Shown piece after piece: positions 1 through 9,156 of a stretch of DNA of 32,000 nt. The position numbers and the translations under genes were made by a program. This stretch comes from Candidatus Pelagibacter sp. HTCC7211 (lineage in GTDB: Bacteria > Pseudomonadota > Alphaproteobacteria > Pelagibacterales > Pelagibacteraceae): NCBI RefSeq assembly GCF_000155895.1, contig NZ_DS995298.1, positions 960,001 to 992,000 on the forward strand, in the 5' to 3' direction. The notes under the pieces were generated by a model. It was not told the DNA's origin. It made no database searches and saw only the letters and a program-made list of their open reading frames with translations. The first letter of the stretch is position 1. Every line of letters begins with the position of its first letter.

Positions 1-763
1 CGTCAGAAATAAGAATATTTTTAAATCCAATTTTCTTTCTAATATATTGAATCACTTTTTTTGAATGGGTTACCGTGTTGTGTTTATCTAATTTTTCATA
101 AATGACATGAGCAGTCATTGCAAAATGGCAGGCTTTATTCTTAAAAGGATAAAAATCATTTTTTTCCAGAAATTTAAGTGATTTTTTAACTATTGGTGTA
201 AAGTTGTGACTATCAACTTTAGCTAATCCATGTCCTGGAATATGCTTAATTACAGTACCAATTGAGTTTTTGTGAAAAAGTTTGATACATAAATCTCCTA
301 TTTTAGAAACTGTATTTCTATTTTTAGAAAAAGATCTATCACCAATTATGTTACTTGCGCCTTTTACTCTTAGGTCGAGTATTGGAACGGTATTTATATT
401 TGACCCAATTAATTTTAGTAAATATGAAGTTTTATCAACAAATAATTTATAGAATATATCGAAATTTTTTCTATTTTTTTCATAAAGACCTCCAAAATAC
501 TCTGATGTTAAGTTATCAAATGATATTATCCTATTTAATCTATTAACCCTACCACCTTCCTGATCAATTAATATTGGATAATTTTTATCTTTAAAAATTT
601 TTTTAATATTATCTGTAAGAGTTTTTGTTTGATTAATAGATTTAATATTTCTTGAAAATAAAATAACGCCCCAAGGCTTATGTTTTTTTAAGAAAATTTT
701 TTCATTATTAGATAATTTATAAGATTTTAAGCCAACAATAAAAGCCTTTCTATTGCTAATCAT
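1..763 (-). CDS. nagZ: beta-N-acetylhexosaminidase (GH3, NagZ-like), N-terminal part; gene runs off the left edge
   Basis: Not in the ORF track because no stop lies in the window. My minus-strand translation from the ATG (rc of 761-763) reads MISNRKAFIVGLKSYKL...PILIDQEGGRVNRL...IKHIPGHGLAKVDSH...KNILISD. I checked that both the DQEGGRV and KH(I/F)PGHG GH3 NagZ signatures are in frame. The start overlaps the upstream ORF stop by 8 nt. Confidence 0.8.
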   Translation of the reverse strand, partial: MISNRKAFIVGLKSYKLSNNEKIFLKKHKPWGVILFSRNIKSINQTKTLTDNIKKIFKDKNYPILIDQEGGRVNRLNRIISFDNLTSEYFGGLYEKNRKNFDIFYKLFVDKTSYLLKLIGSNINTVPILDLRVKGASNIIGDRSFSKNRNTVSKIGDLCIKLFHKNSIGTVIKHIPGHGLAKVDSHNFTPIVKKSLKFLEKNDFYPFKNKACHFAMTAHVIYEKLDKHNTVTHSKKVIQYIRKKIGFKNILISD

Positions 764-1016
764 TTTCTAAAAGTTTCCAAAAATTAAATTTCTTTTTCTT
801 CTTTTTGTTAGTTTGATTTACGTATTCAATTATATCTTGGGTATCACTTTCTAAAATGGGCAAATCTTTTGAATAAATCTTTATTTTTTCTTCAATATTA
901 TTATGTGACCGGTAAGATTTTTTAATATTTTGATCAGAGAAATAATATCTTCCTGTAAAAAATAGAAATATTCCAATAATTAGAATGAATATTAAATATT
1001 TAATTTCTTTTAACAT
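756..1016 (-). CDS. hypothetical membrane-anchored protein (86 aa, one N-terminal TM helix, K-rich tail)
   Basis: The ORF is tightly packed between argS (1-nt overlap) and nagZ (8-nt overlap). It has a hydrophobic N-terminal segment, IKYLIFILIIGIFLFF. I recognise no family motif. Confidence 0.5.
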   Translation of the reverse strand: MLKEIKYLIFILIIGIFLFFTGRYYFSDQNIKKSYRSHNNIEEKIKIYSKDLPILESDTQDIIEYVNQTNKKKKKKFNFWKLLEND

Positions 1017-2746
1017 TACATTTTATCTGGTGTATCGACACCTACGATAGACATACCTGATTTAATCACATTTGAAATTGCTTTTAAAAAGACTAGCTTG
1101 TCAGGTGAGATCTCTTTTTGATCATTGATAAATCTTTTTTCCGGCTGTTGTTTTCCTAAGTTCCAATATGAATGAAATTCTGAAGCAAGTTCATATAGAT
1201 AAATTGGTATACGATGTGGTTCAAGTTTATTACTTGCTGCTTCAATACATTTTGGCCATTCAGAAACTTTTTTTAATATCTTAATTTCATCATATGAATA
1301 TTCAAATGAATAATCATCAATATCTATATTTGAGTTTAAATCTTTATTAAGATGTCTAAATACAGATGAAATTCTCGCATAACAATATTGAACATAATAT
1401 AGAGGATTATCTTTTGATTTTTCTTTAACAGCATCAAAATCAAAATCTAATTCAACATCACTACTTCTATTAAGCATAATAAATCTTGTAGCATCTTTTC
1501 CAACTTCTGTGATTAAGTCATCAACAGTTATGTAGTCACCTTTTCTTTTAGACATCTTAAAAGGTTTTTTATCTTTGATTAGTTTTACGAGTTGGCTCAC
1601 TTTACAAATTAATTTTCCTTTGGTGCCTGATAAAGCTTCTACAGATGATGAAATTCTTTTAATATAACCAGCATGATCAGCACCGAGTATATTAATTAGA
1701 TAATCAAAATTTCTATCAACTTTATTTTTATGATAGGCAACATCACTTGCAAAATAAGTCCAACTACCATCAGATTTTTGTAATGCTCTATCTTTATCAT
1801 CACCAAAATCTGTTGATTTAAACAACAACTGTTCTCTTTCAACCCAATTTTGATCATCTTCACCAGCTGGTGCTTTAATTTTACCTTTGTATACAAATTT
1901 ACTAGCTTCTAGAAATTTAATTACTTCTTCGACTTCATTATTAACAACTATATTTTTTTCACTTACAAAATTATCGTGATTAATTCCCAAACTTTTCAAA
2001 TTTTTTTTAATTAACAGTAATGCTTGTTCTATAGATAAAGTGGTTAATTTTTCAGAAATATCGTCATAATTATCAAAATTAATATCGGAATTTGATGAAA
2101 CAATATTTTTTGCAAAATCAATTAGATAATCACCTGGATAAAGATCCTCATTATTTGGAAAAGTTTCATTAAACTTTAATTCACGTATTCTAAAATAAAC
2201 AGATCTAGTAAAGTTAATTATTTGATTGCCGTAATCGTTTACATAATATTCTTTTGTAACCTTGTGTTTATTAAAGATAAGTACATTAGAAATTACATCT
2301 CCTAAAATTGCTCCTCTACAATGACCAACATGTAATGGACCTGTAGGATTTGCAGAAACAAATTCTACTAAATAATTAAGTTTTTTTTCTTTTTCATTAA
2401 CACCATAGGTCGATGAGTTAGTTATTATTTGTTGAATAAAATTTGACCAAAAAAAAGGTTTGAATTTAATGTTTATAAAACCTGGTTTAACAACATTTAT
2501 ATTCTCGATTAAAGGATCTTTATTTTTAATAATTGGTGATATTTGTTCCGCTAAATCTATTGGAGATTTTTTATTTAGTTTTGAAAGTACCATAGCCACA
2601 TTTGTTGAAATATCACAATCAAATTTTGGTGGAGGGATTTCAGCATTAATTCCGTTAAAAGACTCAGGTATTAGTAGTTCACCTTTTTTATTAAGCTCAA
2701 TTATAATTGATTTAATTTTATCTAAATATAATTCAAAAATATTCAT
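1016..2746 (-). CDS. argS: arginine--tRNA ligase
   Basis: The 576-aa product carries the class I HIGH-type motif (PTGPLHVGHCRGA), an MSKRKG (KMSKS-like) motif and the typical ArgRS length. Confidence 0.96.
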   Translation of the reverse strand: MNIFELYLDKIKSIIIELNKKGELLIPESFNGINAEIPPPKFDCDISTNVAMVLSKLNKKSPIDLAEQISPIIKNKDPLIENINVVKPGFINIKFKPFFWSNFIQQIITNSSTYGVNEKEKKLNYLVEFVSANPTGPLHVGHCRGAILGDVISNVLIFNKHKVTKEYYVNDYGNQIINFTRSVYFRIRELKFNETFPNNEDLYPGDYLIDFAKNIVSSNSDINFDNYDDISEKLTTLSIEQALLLIKKNLKSLGINHDNFVSEKNIVVNNEVEEVIKFLEASKFVYKGKIKAPAGEDDQNWVEREQLLFKSTDFGDDKDRALQKSDGSWTYFASDVAYHKNKVDRNFDYLINILGADHAGYIKRISSSVEALSGTKGKLICKVSQLVKLIKDKKPFKMSKRKGDYITVDDLITEVGKDATRFIMLNRSSDVELDFDFDAVKEKSKDNPLYYVQYCYARISSVFRHLNKDLNSNIDIDDYSFEYSYDEIKILKKVSEWPKCIEAASNKLEPHRIPIYLYELASEFHSYWNLGKQQPEKRFINDQKEISPDKLVFLKAISNVIKSGMSIVGVDTPDKM

Positions 2747-3861
2747 TTATAATTATTATAAAGGTTAATTGCATAACGATCAGTCATACCTGAAATAAAA
2801 TCTGCAATAGCTCTAAATTTATCCTTAGTCAATTGATCTTTTGTTAAAAATTTTTTGGGATTTGATTTGATTATTTTAAATAGTCTTTTGATAATTACTT
2901 TTCCTCGTTTATTCTTTTTTAAAACTGATTTGTTGTCATACATTTTTGTCCTTAAAAAATATTTAATTTCTTTTTCTGAATTTTGTATTTTATTTGAAAA
3001 ACAAACGAGTAATTGGCCAGAATTAGAAATATCTTTTAATGATTTAATCTTTAATTCTTTTAAATTCTTTTGTGAATTAGTTAATAAATCTCTAATCATT
3101 AAATCTATTGAGTCTCTAATAATTTGATAAATTGCTATTTTGTAATTATTTTTATTAATCTTTTTCTTATACTTAATATAGATTGATTTAAAAAAATCTA
3201 TTTCCATAAGCTCTTCTAATTTGAACAAATTGGCATTAATCCCGTCTTGGATATCATGATTATTGTAGGCTATATCATCCGATATTGCTGAAATTTGCGC
3301 TTCTAAAGAAGGATAAGTGCTAAATTTAATCTTATCTTTAAATGTTTTTAAACCAATTAATCTATTAACTAAACCTAAGTCATTAACTGGTCCATTATGT
3401 TTTAAAAGACCCTCTAAAGTTTCAATTGTTAAATTTAGACCTTTAAATTTAAAATACTTATTTTCTAAAAACATAACTATTCTTAATGTTTGTAAATTGT
3501 GATCAAAGCCACCATAATTTTCCATACATTCATCTAGTGCATCCTCACCGGCATGACCAAATGGTGTATGACCTAGATCATGAGCAAGACTTAATGTTTC
3601 AGTTAAATCTTCATTTAAATTAAGATATTTAGCTATAGATCTTGCAATTTGAGCAACCTCAATTGAATGTGTAATTCTTGTTCTAAAATGGTCACCTTCT
3701 GTATTAACAAAAACTTGGGTTTTGTGCTTCAATCTTCTAAAGGATGCGCTATGAATTATTCTGTCTCTATCCCTTTGAAATGGAGAGCGATATTTTGAAG
3801 TAGGCTCATTATTTAGTCTTCCTTTACTTTTAAATACGCCTAACTGAGTATGTTTTTTCAT
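2743..3861 (-). CDS. dgt: dGTPase-like HD-domain triphosphohydrolase
   Basis: The 372-aa product has an N-terminal FQRDRDRIIHSxxFRRL motif and an HD motif (AHDLGHTPFGHAGE), typical of the Dgt-like family. It has a 4-nt ATGA overlap with argS. Confidence 0.9.
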   Translation of the reverse strand: MKKHTQLGVFKSKGRLNNEPTSKYRSPFQRDRDRIIHSASFRRLKHKTQVFVNTEGDHFRTRITHSIEVAQIARSIAKYLNLNEDLTETLSLAHDLGHTPFGHAGEDALDECMENYGGFDHNLQTLRIVMFLENKYFKFKGLNLTIETLEGLLKHNGPVNDLGLVNRLIGLKTFKDKIKFSTYPSLEAQISAISDDIAYNNHDIQDGINANLFKLEELMEIDFFKSIYIKYKKKINKNNYKIAIYQIIRDSIDLMIRDLLTNSQKNLKELKIKSLKDISNSGQLLVCFSNKIQNSEKEIKYFLRTKMYDNKSVLKKNKRGKVIIKRLFKIIKSNPKKFLTKDQLTKDKFRAIADFISGMTDRYAINLYNNYK

Positions 3862-3911
3862 CCTTTAATTTAAATAATTAAGTATTATATTAGTAATATC
3901 AGTGTTGAAAC

Positions 3912-4229
3912 ATGATTAAAGAAATTAAATTTACAGATAATGCTCTAAAACAAATAGCAAATTTATTATCTAAAAAAGATCAAGGATCATTTTTTAGAAT
4001 CGCTATTAAAGGTGGTGGTTGCTCAGGTTTTCAATATGAATTTACATTCGATAAATCTAAAAATGATGACGATTTAAATTATGAAAATATTTTAATTGAT
4101 AAAGCATCAGCAGATTTATTAAAAGGATCTGAAGTTGACTATGTATCTGAGCTTATAGGTGAGTCTTTTAAAATTTCTAACCCACAAACTAAATCCTCGT
4201 GTGGTTGTGGCGTTTCATTTTCTCTATAA
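3912..4229 (+). CDS. erpA: HesB/IscA/ErpA-family iron-sulfur cluster insertion protein
   Basis: The 105-aa product has the GGGCSGFQY motif and a C-terminal SCGCGxSF motif, characteristic of A-type Fe-S carriers. Confidence 0.9.
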   Translation: MIKEIKFTDNALKQIANLLSKKDQGSFFRIAIKGGGCSGFQYEFTFDKSKNDDDLNYENILIDKASADLLKGSEVDYVSELIGESFKISNPQTKSSCGCGVSFSL

Positions 4230-5005
4230 TGTTAATTTCATCTTGGAACGTCAACTCAGTTAGAGCAAGGATTGAAAATATAAAAAGTTATTTACTAAAA
4301 TACAAACCTGATGTTTTAATGATGCAAGAGATTAAAACAGAAGATGTAAATTTTCCTTATGATGATTTTGCTTCAATGGATTATGAAAGTCATGTTTTTG
4401 GTCAAAAAAGCTACAACGGTGTTGCTATAATCTCTAAGAATAAATTAAATAATATAAGAACTGATTTAATCAAAGATAAGTTAAAGCAATCTAGAATTAT
4501 TTCAGCTGAAATTGAATATAAAAAAAAGATTATTCAGTTAATTAATATTTATACACCAAATGGAAACCCTGTTGATACTGAAAAGTATGATTATAAAAAA
4601 AATTGGATGGATCAATTAATCAAACAATTAAAAATATTATCAAAAAAAAATTCTAATATAATTTTAGCTGGTGATTTTAATGTTATTCCTGCAGCCGAAG
4701 ATGTTTATAATGTTAAAAGTTTTGAAGATGATGCTTTATACAGACTTGAAATAAGAAAAAAATTTAGAGAGATGTTAAACTTAGGATTTAGTGACACATA
4801 TAGACATTTTCATGAAGAGAAAGAAGGATATACATTTTGGGATTATATGAGAGGTGCGTGGCAAAAAAATAATGGTATGAGAATAGATCACTTCTTAGTA
4901 TCAAACTCTATAATTGATAATGTTAAAGATATTAATATTAATAAAGATCCACGTGGCAGAGAAAAACCTTCAGATCACACACCAATTGAAATCAAATTAG
5001 CTTAA
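4229..5005 (+). CDS. xthA: exodeoxyribonuclease III (AP endonuclease)
   Basis: The ORF is open from 4199, but the ATG at 4229 (TAATG overlap with the erpA stop) gives MLISSWNVNSVRAR, the canonical Xth N-terminus. The C-terminal RIDHFLVS...SDHTP motif is present. Confidence 0.92.
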   Translation: MLISSWNVNSVRARIENIKSYLLKYKPDVLMMQEIKTEDVNFPYDDFASMDYESHVFGQKSYNGVAIISKNKLNNIRTDLIKDKLKQSRIISAEIEYKKKIIQLINIYTPNGNPVDTEKYDYKKNWMDQLIKQLKILSKKNSNIILAGDFNVIPAAEDVYNVKSFEDDALYRLEIRKKFREMLNLGFSDTYRHFHEEKEGYTFWDYMRGAWQKNNGMRIDHFLVSNSIIDNVKDININKDPRGREKPSDHTPIEIKLA

Positions 5006-5995
5006 AGACTTAATTTTATTTACTAATTCCTCATTTATATTTCTAGGACCTGTATCTTGCCTATTTTTATGTCTTCTTTCACCAGGTAATCTTACATCAC
5101 CCATAGATTTCATTTTATCAAAAAATTCATCAGAATGTTTTTGCCAACTTGTGCCTGCTGTTTTGTCTGGACAAATAGCTAAGATAAATTCACCACCACT
5201 TGGAGGGCCACCATCATTGTTATCTTTTTCCGCAGTTTCATAACTAAAATTATCTCCAACTAATGCACCAGCCATTAATTCAACCATCATTGCTATTGCA
5301 GAACCTTTGTAACCACCAAAAGGTAATAAAACTCCACCATCAGCAATTTCACCTGGGTCCGTTGTTTCTTTACCATCTTTAGTCAAACCAGTTCCAAGAG
5401 GTACTTTATGGCCTTCTCTTTTTGCAACTTGAACTTCACCCATAGCCATTGATGCTGTTGCCATATCATAAACTACAGGTGTTTTTCCAGGTCTTGGCCA
5501 AGCAAATGAAATTGGGTTTGTTCCAAATAAAGGTTTTATAGCACCAGCTGGAGCCACTGCAGGTTTGTAAGAAGTACAAGCAAAAGCAACCAAACCATCT
5601 TCAGCTAATTTTTCAGTTTCAGGCCACATAGCAGCCATATGGTGTGAGTTATTTATAGCTAACACCGCAACACCATTTTCTTTTGCAGCTTTTGCTAGTT
5701 CTGGCAATCCTTTATTTAAGACTACAGGAGCTAAACAATTATTCCCTTCAATTTTAATTACAGATGGTGAAATTCTTTTTACCTCTGGCGTCCCTTTTCC
5801 ATTTATCTTTCCACTTTTAAGACCACTTACATAAGCAGGTAATCTAAATAATCCATGAGATAATGATCCATCTCTTTCAGCATTTTTAATTAGTTCAGAT
5901 AAAATAGATGCAGTTTCATCATTACATCCATTAGCTACAAGTGTTTTTTTTGCTAAATTAAAAATTTCATCTAGTGTTAAGGAGACTGTACTCAT
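4997..5995 (-). CDS. Ldh_2-family (malate/L-lactate/ketimine reductase-type) NAD(P)H-dependent oxidoreductase
   Basis: The 332-aa product contains SHGLFRLPAYV, GTNPISFAWP and GGYKGSAIAMMVELMAG blocks typical of the Ldh_2 family. The substrate cannot be assigned from sequence. The start overlaps the zur stop as TAATG. Confidence 0.8.
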   Translation of the reverse strand: MSTVSLTLDEIFNLAKKTLVANGCNDETASILSELIKNAERDGSLSHGLFRLPAYVSGLKSGKINGKGTPEVKRISPSVIKIEGNNCLAPVVLNKGLPELAKAAKENGVAVLAINNSHHMAAMWPETEKLAEDGLVAFACTSYKPAVAPAGAIKPLFGTNPISFAWPRPGKTPVVYDMATASMAMGEVQVAKREGHKVPLGTGLTKDGKETTDPGEIADGGVLLPFGGYKGSAIAMMVELMAGALVGDNFSYETAEKDNNDGGPPSGGEFILAICPDKTAGTSWQKHSDEFFDKMKSMGDVRLPGERRHKNRQDTGPRNINEELVNKIKSLS

Positions 5996-6393
5996 TATGA
6001 GGTTTTACATTTTTTGCATAAACCAAAAAATTCTAAATTATATTTATTATATTTCATTCCAGCTTCATCAGCAAAGTTACTTAAGTACTTGGAAAGTTTA
6101 GAATTGCTTATTTCAGAAACTTTTTCACAACTTTCACAAATTGAAAATGCTGTTGCTTTAGAAATTTGACAACTTGAATTTTGACAAGCTATAAAAGCGT
6201 TTCGACTTTCAATTTTATGAATTTTTCCAATCTCTACTAATTTATCTAAAGCTCTATAAACTTGTAGAGGTGCTTTAATTCCTTTTTTTTGAACATTATA
6301 GAGAATAGAATATGCTTTTAAAGGCTCAGATGATTTAACAATTAAATCTAAAATAATTTTTTGATTTTTTGATAAATTATATTGTTTTTCCAT
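5995..6393 (-). CDS. zur: Fur-family zinc uptake regulator
   Basis: The 132-aa product has an N-terminal winged-helix region and two CxxC pairs (CESCEKV, CKKCK). It lies directly downstream of znuCB and opposite znuA, with Zur-box palindromes in the znuC/znuA intergenic region. Confidence 0.8.
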   Translation of the reverse strand: MEKQYNLSKNQKIILDLIVKSSEPLKAYSILYNVQKKGIKAPLQVYRALDKLVEIGKIHKIESRNAFIACQNSSCQISKATAFSICESCEKVSEISNSKLSKYLSNFADEAGMKYNKYNLEFFGLCKKCKTS

Positions 6394-6410
6394 ATTCTTT
6401 TAATTACTCA

Positions 6411-7214
6411 CTAATTCTTTAGTTTAATCGATTGCTTAATATTTAACAAAGATAATATAAATAAAATCAAAGAGGCAACTATAATTGAAGGTCCAGAAGA
6501 AGTATTAAATTCTAATGAAGTAAATAATCCTAATACTACAGATAATAAACCTCCAATAATTGAATAAATTACCATTTTTTGTGGACTATCAGAGATATTT
6601 CTTGCCATGGCAGCAGGTATAATCAGCATTCCAGTGATCAATAGTAAACCCACCATTTTAATTGAAATAGCAATGACCGCAGCCATCAAAATTGTAAAAA
6701 TAGCTTTTGCTCTATCAGGATTTAATCCTTCGGCTTCAGCTAGTTCATAATTTACAGTTGATGCAAATAATGGTTTCCATATTAACTTAAGCACAATTAA
6801 TATTATTGCACCACCAGACCATATTATAAGAATATCATTAATATTAACGGCTAAAATATCTCCAAATAAAAGCCCCATAATATCAAATCTGATAAAAGTT
6901 AAAAAACCAATTACAACCAAACCAACAGCAAGTGATGAGTGAGCTAACAAACCAAGTAATGCATCACCTGGTAAGTTAGTTTTTTTTTGAAGCTGTATTA
7001 ATATCAAGGCTATGATAGATGAGATTAAAAACACAGAAATGGCTATATTCAAATCAAAAGTATACGCTATGGTAACACCAAGTAATGCTGAATGAGCAAG
7101 TGTATCACCAAAATAAGACAGTCGTCTCCACACTACAAAACAACCTAGTGGACCGGTAACTAAGGCAATTCCAATACCAGCAAATAATGCTCTTATAAAA
7201 AAATCATCAAACAT
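6411..7214 (-). CDS. znuB: zinc ABC transporter permease (ABC-3 family)
   Basis: The 267-aa polytopic membrane protein matches the ABC-3 family pattern. It is adjacent to znuC with no gap. Confidence 0.9.
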   Translation of the reverse strand: MFDDFFIRALFAGIGIALVTGPLGCFVVWRRLSYFGDTLAHSALLGVTIAYTFDLNIAISVFLISSIIALILIQLQKKTNLPGDALLGLLAHSSLAVGLVVIGFLTFIRFDIMGLLFGDILAVNINDILIIWSGGAIILIVLKLIWKPLFASTVNYELAEAEGLNPDRAKAIFTILMAAVIAISIKMVGLLLITGMLIIPAAMARNISDSPQKMVIYSIIGGLLSVVLGLFTSLEFNTSSGPSIIVASLILFILSLLNIKQSIKLKN

Positions 7215-7961
7215 TTAATTTTTCTTTATACTTCCCTCGTCTAAATGTTCGTGATCATGCTTATGTTCATATATTGAGAGAATTTGAGAAGCTTGTTCAC
7301 CAAATAATGTTTTATAAGCATTATTTTTTGCAACATCTATTGGTGTGCCTGAACAACAAACATGTCCATTTAAACAAACAACATGATCTGTTGCTGTCAT
7401 TACTGTGTGCAAATCATGAGATATTAATAAGATTCCACAATTCAAAGAATCAGAGATTTTTTTAATTAATTCATATAAAGCAATCTCACCAGTGTAATCA
7501 ACTCCTTGGACTGGTTCATCAAGAACCAATAATTCAGGTTTTTTTGAAATTGCCCTTGCAATTAAAACTCTTTGAAATTCACCACCTGATAAATTTCCTA
7601 AATTTTTATTCTTAAGGTGAATAACTCCAGTAAGTGTAAGAGCCTCATCAATAGCTTCATCTTTAATATTTTCTGTTAGCAGCATAAAGTCATAAACTCT
7701 TAGCGGCAAAGTCCAATCAATTGAAATTTTTTGAGGAACGTACCCTACTTTGTTAGTATATTTTTCAACACTACCTTCAATATTTTTATAAATTCCTAAT
7801 GCAATTTTTGCGGTAGTACTTTTACCAGATCCATTTGGCCCAATAAGTGTTATAATTTTACCTTTTTCTACTGTTAATGTAACACCTTCCACTAACCATT
7901 TATTATTCTGTTTAATTCCAGCGTTATTTAGTTTTACTAATATTTTATTTTCTAAACTCAT
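7215..7961 (-). CDS. znuC: zinc ABC transporter ATP-binding protein
   Basis: Walker A (GPNGSGKST), the signature motif (LSGGEFQR) and Walker B (LLVLDEP) are present. A His-rich C-terminal tail (HKHDHEH) is typical of ZnuC. Confidence 0.9.
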   Translation of the reverse strand: MSLENKILVKLNNAGIKQNNKWLVEGVTLTVEKGKIITLIGPNGSGKSTTAKIALGIYKNIEGSVEKYTNKVGYVPQKISIDWTLPLRVYDFMLLTENIKDEAIDEALTLTGVIHLKNKNLGNLSGGEFQRVLIARAISKKPELLVLDEPVQGVDYTGEIALYELIKKISDSLNCGILLISHDLHTVMTATDHVVCLNGHVCCSGTPIDVAKNNAYKTLFGEQASQILSIYEHKHDHEHLDEGSIKKN

Positions 7962-7980
7962 AAATTACTTGACTTATAAA

Positions 7981-8013
7981 TGTTATATTATTACATAATG
8001 TTATAATATAACA
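7981..8013. promoter_or_regulatory. two tandem Zur-box palindromes in the znuC/znuA divergent promoter region
   Basis: 7999-8013 is TGTTATAATATAACA, a perfect 7-1-7 palindrome matching the core of the established Zur box (TGTTATAnTATAACA). 7981-7995 is TGTTATATTATTACA, with one arm mismatch. The sites lie 19-51 nt upstream of the znuA ATG and 20-52 nt upstream of the znuC ATG. Confidence 0.65.
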
Positions 8014-8031
8014 ACCAATTAATCTTAAACT

Positions 8032-9078
8032 ATGAACAATCTTAAAAAAATACCTTTTATCCTTACAATTATTTCATTTTTAACATTCTTTACAACAGCA
8101 AACTCAGAAATAAAAGTAGTTGCTTCAATTAAACCAATACATTCTTTAGCTAGTTATCTAATGGATGGTATTGCTAAACCTGATTTAATAGTTGATGGAT
8201 ATGCATCTCCACACGGATTTGCAATGAAACCTTCTCATGCGAAAATGTTACAAAATGCTGACCTAATATTCTGGGTTGGTGAAGATTTAGAGAGTTTTTT
8301 AGAAAAACCACTTAATTCAATTGCTAAGAAAGCTGAAAAAATTGAGTTAATGGACATTAAAGGTCTAAATGTATTAGAATTTAGAGAAAGAAATATTTTT
8401 GATGATCACGATGATCATGATCATGACAGCCATGCTAAGAAGAAAAAAGATGATCATGACGATCATGAAGGACATTCTAAAAAGAAAAAGGATGATCACG
8501 ATGACCACGATGGACATGCTAAAAAGAAAAAAGATGAACACGATGACCATGATGATCATGAAGGACATGCTCATGGTGAATACGACCCACACATTTGGTT
8601 AGATCCAATTAATGCGAAAGTTATTCTAAAAGAAATGACAGAACATTTAATTGAAAATGATAGTAAAAATGCATCTACTTACAAAAGTAATTTAGACAAA
8701 GCTCTTAAGGATATTGATAAGCTTACTATGGATGTAATGACTGAATTAAATCAAAGTGTAGCATCTATTGTTTTCCATGATGCTTACCAATATTTCGAAG
8801 AGAGATTTAATGTAAATATATTGGGTGCTTTTACAGTTAATACAGATGTGATGCCTGGTGCCGAACAATTAGCTAAAATTAGAGAGATAATTGAGCATGA
8901 CAAAGTAAGTTGTGTATTTTCAGAACCTCAATTTAATCCTGATATTATAAAAGCAGTTGCTAAAGATATGAATATGAAAACTGGTGTAATAGATCCTTTG
9001 GGAGCCACTCTTGATCCAGGAAAAGATTTATATTTTGATTTAATTAATAACATGTCTTCTTCATTTAAAGGCTGCTAA
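8032..9078 (+). CDS. znuA: periplasmic zinc-binding protein of the ZnuABC transporter, with an expanded His/Asp/Lys-rich loop
   Basis: The 348-aa product has a signal peptide and a cluster-9 SBP fold pattern (DPHIWLDP motif). It is divergent from znuCB and has an acidic His-rich loop at residues ~124-183. Confidence 0.92.
   Translation: MNNLKKIPFILTIISFLTFFTTANSEIKVVASIKPIHSLASYLMDGIAKPDLIVDGYASPHGFAMKPSHAKMLQNADLIFWVGEDLESFLEKPLNSIAKKAEKIELMDIKGLNVLEFRERNIFDDHDDHDHDSHAKKKKDDHDDHEGHSKKKKDDHDDHDGHAKKKKDEHDDHDDHEGHAHGEYDPHIWLDPINAKVILKEMTEHLIENDSKNASTYKSNLDKALKDIDKLTMDVMTELNQSVASIVFHDAYQYFEERFNVNILGAFTVNTDVMPGAEQLAKIREIIEHDKVSCVFSEPQFNPDIIKAVAKDMNMKTGVIDPLGATLDPGKDLYFDLINNMSSSFKGC
8401..8580 (+). 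repeat. in-frame tandem coding repeats (42-48 nt units) encoding the ZnuA His-rich loop
   Basis: The units are 8401-8448 DDHDDHDHDSHAKKKK, 8449-8490 DDHDDHEGHSKKKK, 8491-8532 DDHDDHDGHAKKKK and 8533-8580 DEHDDHDDHEGHAHGE. I verified codon by codon that all are in the znuA frame. Confidence 0.9.
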
Positions 9079-9156
9079 TTTAAAGGATAAATTAAGATTT
9101 TAGTTTCCTCTATAATTGTAATAAATTCTTAACAAAACTTACATACAGAGGAGACT

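Noticed and set aside
355-546. 63-aa plus-strand ORF (TTG start) near the left edge
   Set aside because: It lies antisense to the nagZ reading frame, which carries verified GH3 motifs. Other short antisense ORFs were rejected on the same grounds: 1696-1896, 2460-2768, 2855-3127, 3317-3502, 7274-7465, 11856-12047, 13569-13751, 15453-15653, 15831-16019, 25578-25787, 26325-26516 and 30635-30823.
4199-4228. Longer xthA start (MWLWRFIFSI...) given by the ORF track
   Set aside because: The extension lies wholly inside erpA. The ATG at 4229 forms a TAATG junction and yields the canonical Xth N-terminus MLISSWNVN.
8374-8602. ORFs of 72 aa (minus) and 67 aa (plus) rich in M/I/V or M/K/T, and a possible non-coding tandem repeat or CRISPR-like array
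   Set aside because: They are alternative-frame readings of the GAT/CAT/AAG-rich ZnuA His-loop repeats. The repeats are in frame within znuA and encode a known type of metal-binding loop. There is no repeat-spacer architecture.
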